Shown here in pieces: positions 25,801 to 40,068 of a DNA stretch of 64,000 bases (the first letter of the stretch is position 1; every line of letters begins with the position of its first letter). The position numbers and the translations under genes are program-made. Below the pieces are notes generated by a model. The model worked only from the letters and a program-made list of their open reading frames with translations. It was not told where the DNA came from and ran no database searches. Source of the DNA: Kudoa neothunni (taxonomy: Eukaryota; Animalia; Cnidaria); the NCBI GenBank assembly GCA_964304625.1, contig OZ199838.1, forward strand, positions 14,501,707 to 14,565,706, written 5' to 3'.

Positions 25801-28800
25801 AAAATGTAAAAATGTTTATGGTAAATTATCATTTAAAATGTGTGTATGCGAGAATTTTGTGAAACGAAATTCGTAAATAATGGGGATTAATATAGTTTCT
25901 TGATCAGAGATTGGCAAACGTTTTACGTGGATCCATGGAAATTAGTTATTGATTCATTAAACCAACAAAATCTACGTTTAGCTTTAAATCAAAACTAAGG
26001 AAGACAACTTTCCTAGGATTACATCAATATCTTTCAGGTTCCATCAAAAATGTGCTCTTAAAATAAACCCTTTGATGTTAATTTCTATAGAAAAGTGTTA
26101 TTATATGTTGAGTTGATGATAATAATTCTTCCGATTTCCAAAATTAATGTGCATAAAAATCACAAACGTCGAAATATATATTTTTTGGGCTCTCTATAAA
26201 ACTCATTCCGTGTTTTTGAGGTTGTTTATTTAAATAATTTTCTAAAACGTTCTGCAATCATTGTCATTATAAAAAAAGTTTAGACGTTCAAATTCCTATT
26301 ATAAATTGGAATATTGCAGACCAAATAATGATTATGATATGGATGGTTTGTTTTTTGATCTTCAATATCGTAAAGACGTTAATCTTTACATTATAAAAAC
26401 ACTAGAAATTTAAAATCTAAAGTTATACTTTAAACACAAAGAATTTATATATATTTCTTAAAACAATATTTAAATTTTACTTAGACAAGTTTTCTTAAAT
26501 TTAAAAATAAATATTAGTTGATATTCGTCTAAATAAATTTCTTCGTTTTTTATGAAATAAACATTTCAGGTATTATTAACCCTGTAACGATGTTTGAGCT
26601 AGTTATAACATTTTTTGTTATTCGTAAATGCCTAAACTCGAGCTATTCTTGTAGAATAATGTGAACTTTCATTTTTGAAATTTGTGAGGAAAAATATATT
26701 AAATAAGTACACTTCGAAAAATATAACTTTCAAAAGATTTTTGGACTGTACTACACCTCAAACATTTTTTTCTATTATTATAACCTTTATAGCATGTGCT
26801 CCGTTTTAAGAAAGTTTAGGAGATTTCTATCCAGTAGATTTTCATTAATTTAATGTCTGAAGTACGAAAATTTATTTTACGCATGCCCCGTTTTAATAAT
26901 GTCGAACAGTCCTGAAGATTACAGTCGTGAAAAACAATCATCTTGAAGTGAATTTGATGAATATGTCGTTGATCTTCTGAAAATTCGGATGATTCTATCG
27001 AATCCCATGTCCTTGACGTATCATTGAAATTTAAGAGTGGCGTTGGGTGGAATTTAACTTTCCGAGTGCTTTTGGAGTCTATTAGTCCCCAGGTCATATT
27101 AAAGATTAGTTTACGCCCCTTTCCAATCATCTAAATTTTCTAAAACACGGTCTATTCTTATAAAATTTCTTGCATTATACGCCTGCCAAATACGTTTTGA
27201 ATTATCGTTAATGAATGAAAAATAAAATAAAAATCATACATTTGATGCTTCTGGGGTCTAATAGATCACACAATTTTATTTTAGAATTTTATATATAAAA
27301 TTTTAATGAAACGGAATTGAAAATATTAGCAAAATCTATTGGCGAAATAAAGAGAAACATGAGATATACTTTCCTGCGAGTTTATACGACTATATACGAA
27401 TCGCGCATATCACGGAAATTTGTCTTCATGGAGGCCTTTAGCGAAATATATTCCACCAATTATGATGCCGACTTCAGTGAAATCCTCGATTCCTCTGATT
27501 TTATTTTGAATCTTCAATTAATTTATCTAAATATGATGACAATAACCTTATATGGGCTGCAGAAACTTTAAAAACCTCCTAAATACTAAAAGGAAACTTT
27601 TTACGTAAGGCCTCTAGCCTTACGGATGTTGCAGCTCAGAGAATCTTTCATATAACAGATTTTGGACGTATTTTTGGATGGCAATCTTTACAGAAATGTT
27701 CCGTGTAATGCCAACGTGCTTAACTTTCATTATTTAATCATTGTTGCAAAGAGCTTTCAGTTATTGAAAATGATTCTTATCATGGTTAGAGCATTTAGAG
27801 TTAATTAGAGGAATGTTCCGCACATAATAAAAAAAATAAAACAAGGGAGTCATTTAGCACACTTGTTCTATTTAATGAAAAAAAATTCTAGCCTATTAAG
27901 TCCCTAAAATAATAAGGATTTGTTAATTTTATCCACTTCAACAGCTTATACTAATATATCGAACGATAAAAAGAAGAAACCAGGTAGCATCAATTATTAT
28001 ACAAAAATTAAATGAGCTATTGATACGATTGATCGGATTTTTACCTCCACAAGCTTCAAAAAATATTCCATACGCGGGCCAGCAGTTATCTTTTATTATA
28101 TCGACATAAATCTCTTAAACGCGTTTTGTTTATACAAAATCATATTCAATTATGGAAAAATCAAGAGCCTAATTTTTAGAGAATCTCGCTAGCACGTTCC
28201 ATTCCTTCAGCAATTCCTTGGTGCTAAATTTCTAACTAAATCAAGAGCAGGAAATCCGAATAGCAACAATATTGTTCCAAAAAATCCCATAAACAATATG
28301 CTGTAGGCCCAAGAAACAATGATCGTAGGACAATGCATACGTGTTGTATGTAAGAAACATTGCCGTGAAGAACATTCCGAATGTGTTTGTTTTAGCAGTT
28401 CATTGGACAGAAAGAAATGTTTGGATTACATTATAATTTTCATATTTTTGAGGAATGAGGTTACTGTTTTGACGTACATAACAAATTATTAATTAGGGCA
28501 GAGCATCCATTTTAATGTAGATCTGATATAAATAACGATACTACCGTTCCCTTAAACTCAGATAATAATAGGGAAGGTCACAGAAAGCAAATTTTAACTT
28601 ATACATTGATATTTGCATTTAAATTGAACGTTGGAGACTTTTTAGACCATTTAATTGATAACTCTTTTGCTGTCGTAAAGTTTCAATCTAATGAATTATA
28701 TATGAGAAAATCTTAATATAACTGTTGATTTTATGTTTAACTTTTTTAAAAATTCTCATTAGATCGGATGGAATAATGCTTACTCTTACAAACTTGTGTG

Positions 28801-31800
28801 GTTGCATCAATCGCATATGTCGTTTACTGCTGGAGATGCATGGGTAGGCTTTAATGTAGATTTATTAGTCATCTTCTACAACTAGAGAATGGGTATTGTA
28901 CGAAAATTCAAGAAACAATGTCAACTCAGCGTTAACAATACTTTGGAGTCTTTCTATGTAGGATCTCATTTATTTTTTAATTCCCATTAAAAATTGCATA
29001 ATTCTTAAAATACTATTTAGGATTACATTGATTGGTATACTTTACACCAAATATTGGAAAATAGAAATATAAATTTCATCACAACATGGGACGAAAATTC
29101 TGAAATTAAAGAGGAAGTAAATGTAATTCTTAGATTTTATTAATTTTTTTGAGTTAGGTGGACGAATTGGCTACATTCCTGAAAGGATTTTCAACACAAT
29201 TCGACGAAACGAAGATTGGAGATTGGCTAAAAGAGTCCATCGAGGTTGTGCAAATATAATTGTGTGCTGTATGATATTCATATCATAGAAACTTAAACTC
29301 AGGTTGTTTCATTTCGAACCGATCGAAGATAAAAATTATAAAATATGGTTGACATCTGATTGCAAGTATATAAATATCATTGGGTAGAACAGTTTGTGAA
29401 CATATCATAGTGCAGAGGATGCTAGTCAAAAAAAGAACAATTTGTGCGGTAATGTGGGCCACGTCATTCATTGGAAAGTAAATATGCTTCCGAAGACCTG
29501 TTCCAGAAATAATGAAGTTAAAAAGTGATTTCACTATATTTTGGGGAAAATAAATCATAAATTTATTTTAGATATTCTTTAAATATTTTCACTTATGGTA
29601 AATTAGAACTTGAGTTGTCTACTCCATGTACTGGAAAAGAAGTAAACGAAGCGATAGTTTTATTTATAAATATCTTGATTTTATATTACAGCAAGAATAA
29701 TTTGAATAATATTTGTAGGTACACAAAAATTCGGGTCATGAGAATGAAGACGACAGCCATAGAGACGTGTCTCTTCCTAGGTAAATCTTTTGTTCCAGTA
29801 ATATAGTGGAAACAAGCATAATTTATATATTCATTTGATATAGGTAGTTATTTTTATATATTATGTAAATCAATTTCAATTAAACTTATAATTTGATGTT
29901 ATATCACCTTTCTAATTTACTTAATTATTAAAATCCCAACTCTAAATGAGTTTTATTAAAAATTAATTACAAAGAAAATAACAATCATTTTTGAGCGATT
30001 GGTAATCTTAAAAATTCCCCGATAAATTTAAGCCCTCCTACATATATTTGACGGGCTTTTGGTATATATAAAATTAAAATTTTTATTTTTCCGACATTTT
30101 CTATATTGTCTTTTTTAATCATATTTTAAACATATAAGTAATTATAAATATATTATCTAAAATCGTTAACAGGCTTGGGATCTTTTAGACCCCAAAGGAT
30201 TTTAATTTGTTCATAGAATATTTAGTAATTATCTGAGATAAAGTACATTACGTTTGTTTTCTAAGATCATTTTGACAAATAGATTCATACAAAATTTGAT
30301 GAGGAATATTGATTATATATTACCAAACAAAAATTTTGTCCTCCGACGGGTTTTGGGGTAAAAAACACCCCTAATTTTTTTGATTTAATGAATGCAGAAA
30401 ATTAATATAAACCACCATGGAAGATTTAAAAAAATTCTGCCTAAGGAATACTTGGAAATTAAGTGATGATTATTCTAGATAATCCACAATAATCCGATTA
30501 ATTACGCGGGGTCATATATATCGTAATCCGTCGTTTCAACAATTATTGCGACGCCAATGTTTATGCCCAAAACAAACAAAATTATCCATGTTGCTAACCC
30601 TCGTCGACGACAGATATAATCTAATAAATGAGATTTTGATGATTTAAAGGAAAGATTGCAGTTCAGTGGCCTCATCCACCAATAAAGGATTATAGTTGGA
30701 CCGATCATTAATTCTACAATGATAAATTAGAATTGTGTGATATTAATTAGACAATTTATAGTAGGGATTTCCGAATTTCGTCAAATAATTTATTTTTTGT
30801 ATTAGCATTAACTACTTGTTACAACTGAATAACTAATGTTTGTATTAAATGTGAAATTCTTATCCTTATAAATTCCTGTATTTAACTATAGATAAACACT
30901 AAGGAGAAATTATGACGACACATAGAAATCAGTTACCACACTTATATTTTAGGATACATAAAAGATGCTATTCTCAGTTGAGTGTTATGACCTGTAAAAA
31001 TGATTACGAGGGATTGGGAGAAACATAATAAGTTACGACGACTAACATTTATAATGAGAATATTAAATGTAAAATCATGTTGGATTAAGACTAAAAAATA
31101 AAAAAAAAGTTGATCATCATGGTCGATTTCGTTCGCTGTGGCTGTTTTAGATTACGGTTGCTATTCTGTAGTTTTCTCGGATTGAGTGTCTTTAATAGAA
31201 TTCATATTTTATTTTCCATTGAAAATTTTGTTGATCATTATTACAAATGAAGCTAAACATATTATACGTTATAATCACAAGTTATTACAAAATATTATTT
31301 AATCCTACCGAAGCAGATCACCGAGGAATAATTATGCAGTAATTGATTCTTTTCTCTATATTCCTTGGGCAGAGGTTCCCGTATTTTTCTCATAACCTTC
31401 TCATAATTTTCCGCATATATTAAATGAAGAAAATTCTGACGTCTTGTTTACCCCAAAACCCATTGGAGGGTGGTTATTTTTTTCATCTGTTAGAGAGTTA
31501 ATACCATATTTTATGCCACATTTTATATTATCGACGGGTTTAGAAATTTTTGTTATAGTTAGTTTATGCATTTTACTAATTTAAAATAAATATGTATATT
31601 TTTAAATATGTTGAGAAAATCAACAAAAAATCTATTATTTTCTGTTGCTGAGACAATTTTCAATTTTATCCGATCTTTGTAATATTTATAAACATTAATT
31701 CACTAATATTTATCTTATTTACATACTAAAATTTCCATAGAAATATTTTATCTTCCTTAGTTACACATTTTTATTTTAATAGATTTCGTAGATATTAATT

Positions 31801-33190
31801 TTAACATAAAATCAAATTTCGCATTTTTAAAATAGTATTTAAATTTTATTTGACGATTTAATGCCTTTTTCGGATAAACAAAATTTAATTCAAAAAATAA
31901 TTAATTAATTAATAAGACTTGTAAATATTGTTGGAATTATAATTATACTCTTAGCGATACAAAAACCACCACACCTTCCCCGTATATTTTGAACTGTACT
32001 AATAGCTCGATAGTCGACCAAAGAGCTTGTAACGGTCTAGGAAAATGCACTAAAAATGGATGTGTTTGTAAATTAAAGGTATAAAGGAAACAAACTTTTA
32101 AATGAGAAAGGACGTAAGTGATCGTTATAGGATGTCAATCCCCATTTAATCACCGGCAAATATTGTGAATGTGATAATCGAGATTACCAAACAGATGAAA
32201 ACGAATTTTGCAGCGGCCCAACACGTGGAGTTCTTGATTGTGGCAAATGCAAATGCATTCCTGGATTCTTTGGTGATAGGTGTCAAAAAAGGGATTGTAA
32301 ATATTTGGATGAAAAATGCCCGATAGGCGTTAGATTCGAAGTATTGATAAAACAATGATGTCGATAAACGTTTGTTATCTCACGATTATTGGTTAGATTT
32401 GTAGTGGGCGTGGAACATGTAAATGCGGTAAATGTGTGTGCAATTATGGCTTTAGCGGAGAAAAATGCGAATTAATCGTAATGTAACGCTGAAACGCATT
32501 AATTCACATCCTCACTGTAGGATACTAACGATATGTGTAATCAACATGTCGAGTGCGTTGCTTGTGAACTGTTTCCCTCCAATAAAAACGAAAATTGCAA
32601 AAGTTGTTCAAACCAAATGATCTACAATGTAGATCACAAAAATAATGAACTTATGAACTATCAATGTCAAATATATCACGATAAATGTGTATTGTTTTAT
32701 GAACTCATTCCTGGTGATGCTGAGTCGCCATATTCAACCATAAGCATAAAACCGATTAGACGAGGAGGTGTGATTATATATATTTTACAAAAATGGCTAT
32801 ATTTTTAATATAATTCAAATTTAGACTGTGAAGAAGAACCCAATATTGCTGCTATTTTAGTGGCTATATTTTTTGGGGTGTCTTCGGGGCTCATCATCGT
32901 GCCTTCTGTGATAATATTTATCAAACTTAAATATCACAAGAGAGATTACCAGTTGCTCGTGGGTGTCCATAACGAACCGTTTATTGAGGATGTAATTTTT
33001 ATACTTAAAAATTAACTTTTAAAGAAGTTAAATGATTTATGATCGTTTAAGATATATATATATATATTAAAGGATATTTAGTTATGAAAATAATTACTTT
33101 TTGTTAACATCATTTTAGAATGAAAACGAAAATGGTTCCAGTATCGATCTATTATCGGATGCCGACAATGACTTAAATGGATTAGTTTAA
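22839..33190 (+). CDS. Divergent integrin beta-like subunit 1 (many short exons, two TE-filled large introns)
   Basis: Signal MDPINIILYSIISQLIIILVG. Beta-I motifs PLQIYFL, FGFGFYYDKP, YEFKNILSLTED, GLDAVAHSALC, IGWNN...FTAGDAW, GIVRKFKKQCQL, DYIDW. I-EGF repeats (CNGLGKC, TGKYCECDNR, CSGPTRGVLDCGKCKC, CSGRGTCKCGKCVC), beta-tail, TM NIAAILVAIFFGV, acidic tail. Two single-base indels in T runs (~23298, ~23435) are needed to keep frame. Confidence 0.8.
26580..28450 (+). mobile_element. Decayed piggyBac relic inside an integrin intron
   Basis: TTAA|CCCTGTAACG at ~26577. C-terminal transposase remnants (KPGSINYY...IDTIDR...IFYYIDINLLNAF) and Cys-rich tail (CRPKK...CVVCKKHCREEHSECVC) at ~27970-28390. 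Confidence 0.65.
30340..31470. repeat. ~130-bp inverted repeat pair (transposon ends) in an integrin intron
   Basis: 30340-30480 (CCTCCGACGGGTTTTGGGGTAAA...CTGCCTAAGGAATA) matches the reverse complement of 31340-31470 (TATTCCTTGGGCAG...TTTACCCCAAAACCCATTGGAGGG). Confidence 0.65.
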
Positions 33191-34150
33191 AGAAAATTAA
33201 CCTTGATTAACTATTACCGTCGTTATTTGTCATCAATATTACTGTTTTACGTCATTATATTTGCTTTAATATGAATCTATATATTGCTCCATTTTTCGAG
33301 ATAACCTATTTTTATTCGTTATAACTAAAATTCTCGAAGAAACTTGTCTGTTTGATGATTCTAGAAAAATGTATATGAACAGAGATAACATGAACACAAA
33401 AATTTTGTATGCAAAGTTAATATGAAACCTCTCTTTTTCATTGAACGAATATAATTATCTCTAAGTGGTATTAAATAATATTTTGCCGAAATTAAATATT
33501 AAAAATAATAAAATTTATATAAATAAAAATGTGACCTTCTTATAGATATTTAAAAATAAAATATTTGATTATTAACTTATTTTTGAATTAATCGAATAAA
33601 ATTATCAGAATTATCTCTTGATCACAATAAATTAAAAAAGCATGAAAATTACTAATTTATTAAATCATAGTTTATTTTATTGTATACATGTTGTAGCTTA
33701 ATTTAGATTTTTATTTTTGCTTGTAATCACAGAATATATGATGCATAACCATATAAAAGTCTATCAATAAAGATTGTAGATCTACTTATCATACAGTTGA
33801 AACAGAGATTCGAGATTAGCCACAGGATAATCATATTGCTTCCATTTGTCTTATTTTGTAAGATTTAATGATAAATTAATTTTATTTCCGAAAATATATA
33901 TATATATATATGATTACTTAATCTCGACGTAAATGTTTTTATTTGAGTGAATTTTGAGATGTGAGATTTTTTTAAAGGCCAATGATATGTCCATGTATTT
34001 TATGTGTGCAGAATTTCATTTATCCCTTTCATATAGAAGTAATATCAAGTATATTGTTGGATCCATTTTTATCTTTGATCTTATTATGTGAAATTATGAA
34101 CATTATATAAGTTCTCTATAAGTTTACTACAAAGAACAAGCTAATTAAAT

Positions 34151-37100
34151 ATGGAAATATCTCGACTTCAATTCCTTACAGGATTTTATCTCGTACCATA
34201 AAAATAATATCACATAATTTTCAACTTTTTATGATAATTTATCTTTTTCAAGATGCAATATTTCATGATAATGAAAAGTATAAAAATGATCTATAATATT
34301 ATCTAAACCGAGGATTAATTTATTCCTATGTTTACCTACTTCATATTAAATATTCAAATAATTACTCTACTAGCTAGTACACACTTACCATTTGTGAATG
34401 ATCAAAATTTATAACGTGCTAGGTTCTTCAAAGGAACATAGCGCGGAAATAAAATTTGAATGTTCCGGTGGAAAACTAATAGTAAATATGAGTGCGTGGC
34501 TTGAAAATTTATTATTCTATTTTTTAAGCCAACTATTAACCATTCACCTAGTATCGCAGACAGTAATCTAACAATAATTCCACACAACGTTTCGTCCGAA
34601 AATTTTGAACACTGTAATAATCGTTAGAGATTCCCACTACATTATAATACGCAATTTTCAGATAGAACTGTGGAGTTTGATATTTTCCTTGAAGTTTCAC
34701 CCCCACATCACAACCAAATATACTTTTTGCTAGATGGGACACACATTACTGGAGTGGATATTGTTAAACAAACATTTCTTTCAATTGGTAATATTCAAAA
34801 TGGATTATATACCTTTAAAATTATATTCTAGCTAACGAATTCCGAAAGTCAGGCCACCCTACCACCTTTGGATTTGGTTCGTATTATGGCAAACCATATT
34901 CAATGGAGAACTTACAAACAGAAGGACACTTGTTTGTTTAACCTAATCCCTAACTCATCGATTAAATCGTAATTATAGTCATGACTACGAATTTAGACAC
35001 CATCTAAAACCGTCAGATAAACTCAGTTTTGTTTCCGTACATGTGGCAACTACCAGAAGAAGTTTTAACATTATTACTTTTGTATAGATGGAAAATATTT
35101 CTTATGAAGATGAACACAATACGGGCAGCTTTACATATGGATCTGGATTCGACGCAGCAGCTCATGTAGCCTTATGTGCAGATAAGGTATTCTTGTAATT
35201 TTATTAGATGTGTCAAAGACAAAATTTGTAATTAAAACAAAGAGTTATTTACATAATATTGGCATTTTGAAGTCTAATAAAAAATTATATCTTAGATGAA
35301 ATTATTTATGAACAATAGATTAAACTTTTTTATTTATGGATGAGTTGGATTGAATTACTTCATATAATTTAGTATATTCAATATATATTGATAAATATGA
35401 CTTATATTTTACTAAAAATATTTAAATTAATATATTATTTAAAGAATAATATTTTTAATATAAATAACCTATAGATGCTGTTTTTTAATGTTTAATTCTC
35501 AACAATATTATTAATCAAGATATAATCCCAATATTTCCTAATTATTAAGGATTTTATTTTAATTTGGAGATATGATATGGAAAATACAGGTTGGTTTTCA
35601 CAGTAACTCATCAAGGTTTATATGGTTGCATATGTCTAAACTGTCAAGGAGCGTAGGAGACGGATGGGTAAAGTTAGAGTTGGCTCTTGATCTATTGTTT
35701 AACTTTATTAGAAAATGGGGATTGTAAGAAAGTTTAAAAAGCAATGTCAGATGAGCGAAAAAAATACTGTGAATTCATTCTACGTATAAATGACATGAAA
35801 CTTTATGTCCATTACAAAATTATAATCGATTTCCTCACATATATAGGACTATATAGATATAAGAACTTTTCGTGATATTCTTGTTGACAATAAAATAAAT
35901 TTGTTAGTCACTTCAGATGAATTATTAGGGCCTGATAATGAAGTATACTACATAATGACTACGATATGTACTATTACCTTAGATACGGAACATCACATCA
36001 TATGTGAACGGGTTTTACACATATCTTCACAATATATCCTTGGTTACATGGCTAGAAGAATCTATTGAGGTCTTAGAGCACGATGCAGTTATCAAATACC
36101 TTAGTCATAGACGGTTAAATCACGAGTATTATTAACGAAAACCGCCCACTATGACAACAATATCGTGACAACTTCTCCTCAATGCAGGTATATAACTTAT
36201 TTTGATAATAAAAATTGTCTATTCGAAGAAATAGGACAGATGATTTAGTCAATGTTCAAAATTATCACACCTTTTCGAAAGAACCTGTCAATGTGACCGT
36301 ACATGTATCTAAACCGGGTTGCTCAATATCCAATCAAACTATACGGTTCCTATTCAAATTTTTTGATTTCATAAGCGTATTATAAACTCAAATTATCAGG
36401 TACACGCTCAAAATAGTCAACTATGGAGAAGTAATAGTTTCTATGCCTACTCATTGCAACACTCGACATGTGGAAAAGGAGAGAGTGAATTTTCATGTAT
36501 GAGCTTTGTTTTTTTCAAATTTTGTATTGTATTGGGATGCATTAAAATCGAATAGAATTTATGCTTCTTATAAAATATCGCATTCAACTCCATGTAAACC
36601 ATATTTAGATTGGTATCTTGTGACAGTGATATATGATGTTGTTGTAATTTTAAAACTATTATTAATAGAATAAATACAACAACTATTCGACATAATTTTT
36701 ACGCTTTATTTTAAATATTTTAATAGATTTATTAAAATTTCCTTTAAATAGATTTCACTTATTAATAGAAAAATTTAGATTAACCTAAATTTCAACGATT
36801 GAAATCTGAAACAACTTTTTACCTGAATTTTCGGATAAACGTACACTGAAACCAAAATTAGGGCATAGTGAAACTGTCGGGTAGGTTTCTTATGAAAATT
36901 TTGGTAAGTTATTTAATTTAACTTTATATTTGCCAAATAGAAACTAAATAGAATAAGTCATATATTGTTTAAGTTCAAAATGTTATATTATTAATTGTGA
37001 ACAGATATAATTTGCAAGAAAAATGATTAACTTTTTACATTTTAATGAATAATCTCATACAATAAATAATAAACTTTTTGAATTACGAATTACAGATGAT

Positions 37101-40068
37101 TTAATAAGACCAATTTTTAAGCTTTGTAAAAATATAATTTTTAACCGATTAGTAGTAAATGCTAAGAATTAAGGATATTTTAAATTAAGAGGATATACTA
37201 AAGACAGTTATGGAGAATTATGAGAAATTGCTCATCATTGGAAATTAAATTATTTTTTCCATCCTTAATCGTAAAATCCAGTGTTAAAACAAGAAGGATA
37301 TTATTAACCCTTACGGGACGGACGGGGTATTTTAGGGATCCGAATTATTTTATTTTTTGAAATTTCTATTTTTACCTTTTTATTTTCTCCATAATTTCCC
37401 ATTTAATCTTTTAATATCAAATGAACTTTAAACTAAACCAACACAATTTTTCCTTAAGGATAAAAAATAATAAACCACTTTTTCGATACCGAACCAATAG
37501 TGTTTAATGTTTAAAGGCCTTTGATTCTCTTATATTTATTATTCATTTAATTTTAACTAAAAATTAATTTTTAAATGAAGAAACGCAATAAGAGTACGAC
37601 TAAGTTTTGATTTTATTTTCTACCGGAAGAATCCGACAAGCTTTGAGATTATCCTGGGATTATTGTAAGACGCGAGCGTTCTTGGTAATATATTAATTTT
37701 GAAAGTATAGGTCAATTAATATTTAATTTTGTTCCAGCCCAGTTTGCCTTTTTATATCAGCCATGATTTTTACCATCGAATAAAAATTATAACGGAAAAG
37801 GTAATTGATTGAAGGGAAGGAAATATTCCAACGATATAATACCACGATCGCAAAATGAGATTAACGAAAATTTTCGGATATCTTTGTTTGGCGGTTTTGT
37901 CAGTTGTTCCTTTCGCATGACAAATTCATTAGAAAATCAACCTTGAGTTTTCCAATCATTATTTAATAGCTTTATAAAAGCATAACCTATATTTTTGAGG
38001 AATTCCCTATGTATTCTCGCTTTTTTTTAAAGTGGTGATTTAGAATTTCTTGTATTTTTTCCTAGCTGGTTAAACATTTTTACATTCTGGGCGGTTACTT
38101 TTATTTTAAATGAAGTAACAATCTCATAAAACAACGTTTTTATCCCTGCAAGCGAATTAAGTTAAAAAACCTCCGAGGTACCCTAGGTCCCCCTCGGCAT
38201 ACGCGTAAGTTTTTCGCGTTCCGTCTTCCGAGGGTTAATTTAGCAGTGATAATCCATTTTTTTAATATTAAAATTCGCGTATTAATCTAACACGGTAACA
38301 TTCTAGATTCAAACATTTTATCATAAGCGCGGGGGTTGTACGGTCGAACATCGATTATCCAGAAATCGCGCACGGATTTCGTCAGATCCGTAGGAGAAGC
38401 TCCGCCTAATCATATATTACCTAACAAAATTTAGTTATTATTTAAACCAATATTGATTGGGATATATTCAAATTTTCATTATATAAAAATCCACCCTTCT
38501 TAATGTGTATATATATTTGATTATTGACCATTATTTTATATCTATTTTTTTTATTAACTTATATTTATTATAAAAAAGGTTTATTTTGAATGACAACTTA
38601 TTTTTAGAAATCTGAAAAATGTATGTCTGTTGCACCAAAGTCTGACAAAGATAACCGGTGTGAATCGTTGATGAAGTAATTATTAGTTTTATATTGTAAT
38701 CTAAATTTCCCAAAACTTATGATTATCACAAGAATATATTAACTTACGTTTTTAAACAATTATTTTATATATTCCGGTATCATTTCACATCTTCGCTTTA
38801 ATAAAAGATATTAATACTTGAGGCTTTGTGTTATTAATTAGTTCAGTTAATTCAACCATTGATTTTAAATAATTCTTCTCAATAGTGAAGAAGAGGAATG
38901 TTCAAAAGAAATATCTACTTCAAACTGCATTTACACGGGTGACTCTGAGGAACGTATATGCAGTGGATTGGGTATTTGTGTATGCAACAAATGTGTATGT
39001 GGTTTAAATGTAAAATGTTGCAACGTAATCATTTTTAATTTTAACTAAATGGTAAAGGATAATAGTCATTTAATCTCAGGAAAATATTGCCAGTGCGATA
39101 ATCGAAACCTTCGAACGGGCTATCAAGAATTTTGCAGTGGCAGCGAACGAGGCATTCTGGGGTGCGGTCAATGTAATTGTAAGGAAGGATTCACAGGAAA
39201 AAGATGTGAACAAACTACCTGTTCCAATATCCAAGACAAACACATTGTTTCTAACAATCATAAAGTAAAATCTGACTATATATCCGTTAATTCAGGAGAA
39301 CAAATTTAACTAAAATTTGAGCTTTAGAATTGTAGCGGGAATGGTAGGTACCTATGTGGAGATTGCATCTGTAATTATGGTTATAGTGGCAAAGAATGCG
39401 AAATTATTGTATATAACTACTGACTTTACTATTAATTTGAGCGGTATTTTAGAGTACAACAAATCCCTGTGGTTTTCATGTAAGATGTGTTGCTTGCAAA
39501 TTGGCTCAAAACCGAAGTACCGAAGAATGCGAAGGTTGTTCCGAAATGGCCATTTATGCAACAGAAAAAAATACCTCAACAAATGCTGATCTGTTTATGT
39601 GCAGAGTGTATCGCGAAAAATGTGTATATTTCTTTAATGTTACGAGCCATGATGATGTGTCTATTCGCCCTACTGTGAGCATAAAACCTTTGAGTTATGA
39701 TGGTATTGATTATATTTTTAATATAATTTACATATAGACATATAATGAATAGTTACTATTTAGATTGTAAACGAAAAGAGAATAATATTGCATTTTTGGT
39801 GACTGTATTTGTTACTATTTTATTGGGATTTGTGGCAATATTTTATGTGATAATTCTCTCAAGATATAAATACAAAAGACAAAAATACGTAATTTAAAAA
39901 TTCAAATCATATCTCTATTATTTATATTGCATATATTTAAATATGGAAAGCGTTATCATTCATTATGATTCATTCTTTTGATATTATAACGTTAAATTTT
40001 TTCGCACAGATTTATAATTAATTTAAAAAATATATTTATTATAGGTCTTCAAAGAAGAATATCTTTAA
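34151..40068 (+). CDS. Divergent integrin beta-like subunit 2 (tandem paralog)
   Basis: QIYFLLDGTH, TFGFGSYYGKP, YEFRHHL, GFDAAAHVALCAD, VGFH...SVGDGW, MGIVRKFKKQCQM, DYIDI; I-EGF repeats (CSGLGICVCNKCVC, SGKYCQCDN, CSGSERGILGCGQCNC, CSGNG); beta-tail; TM IAFLVTVFVTILLGFVAIFYVIIL. Similar intron positions to paralog 1. First and last exons uncertain; one indel at ~34405. Confidence 0.8.
37308..38234. mobile_element. Non-autonomous piggyBac element in an integrin-2 intron
   Basis: TTAA|CCCTTACGGGACGGA ... TCCGTCTTCCGAGGG|TTAA. Confidence 0.75.
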
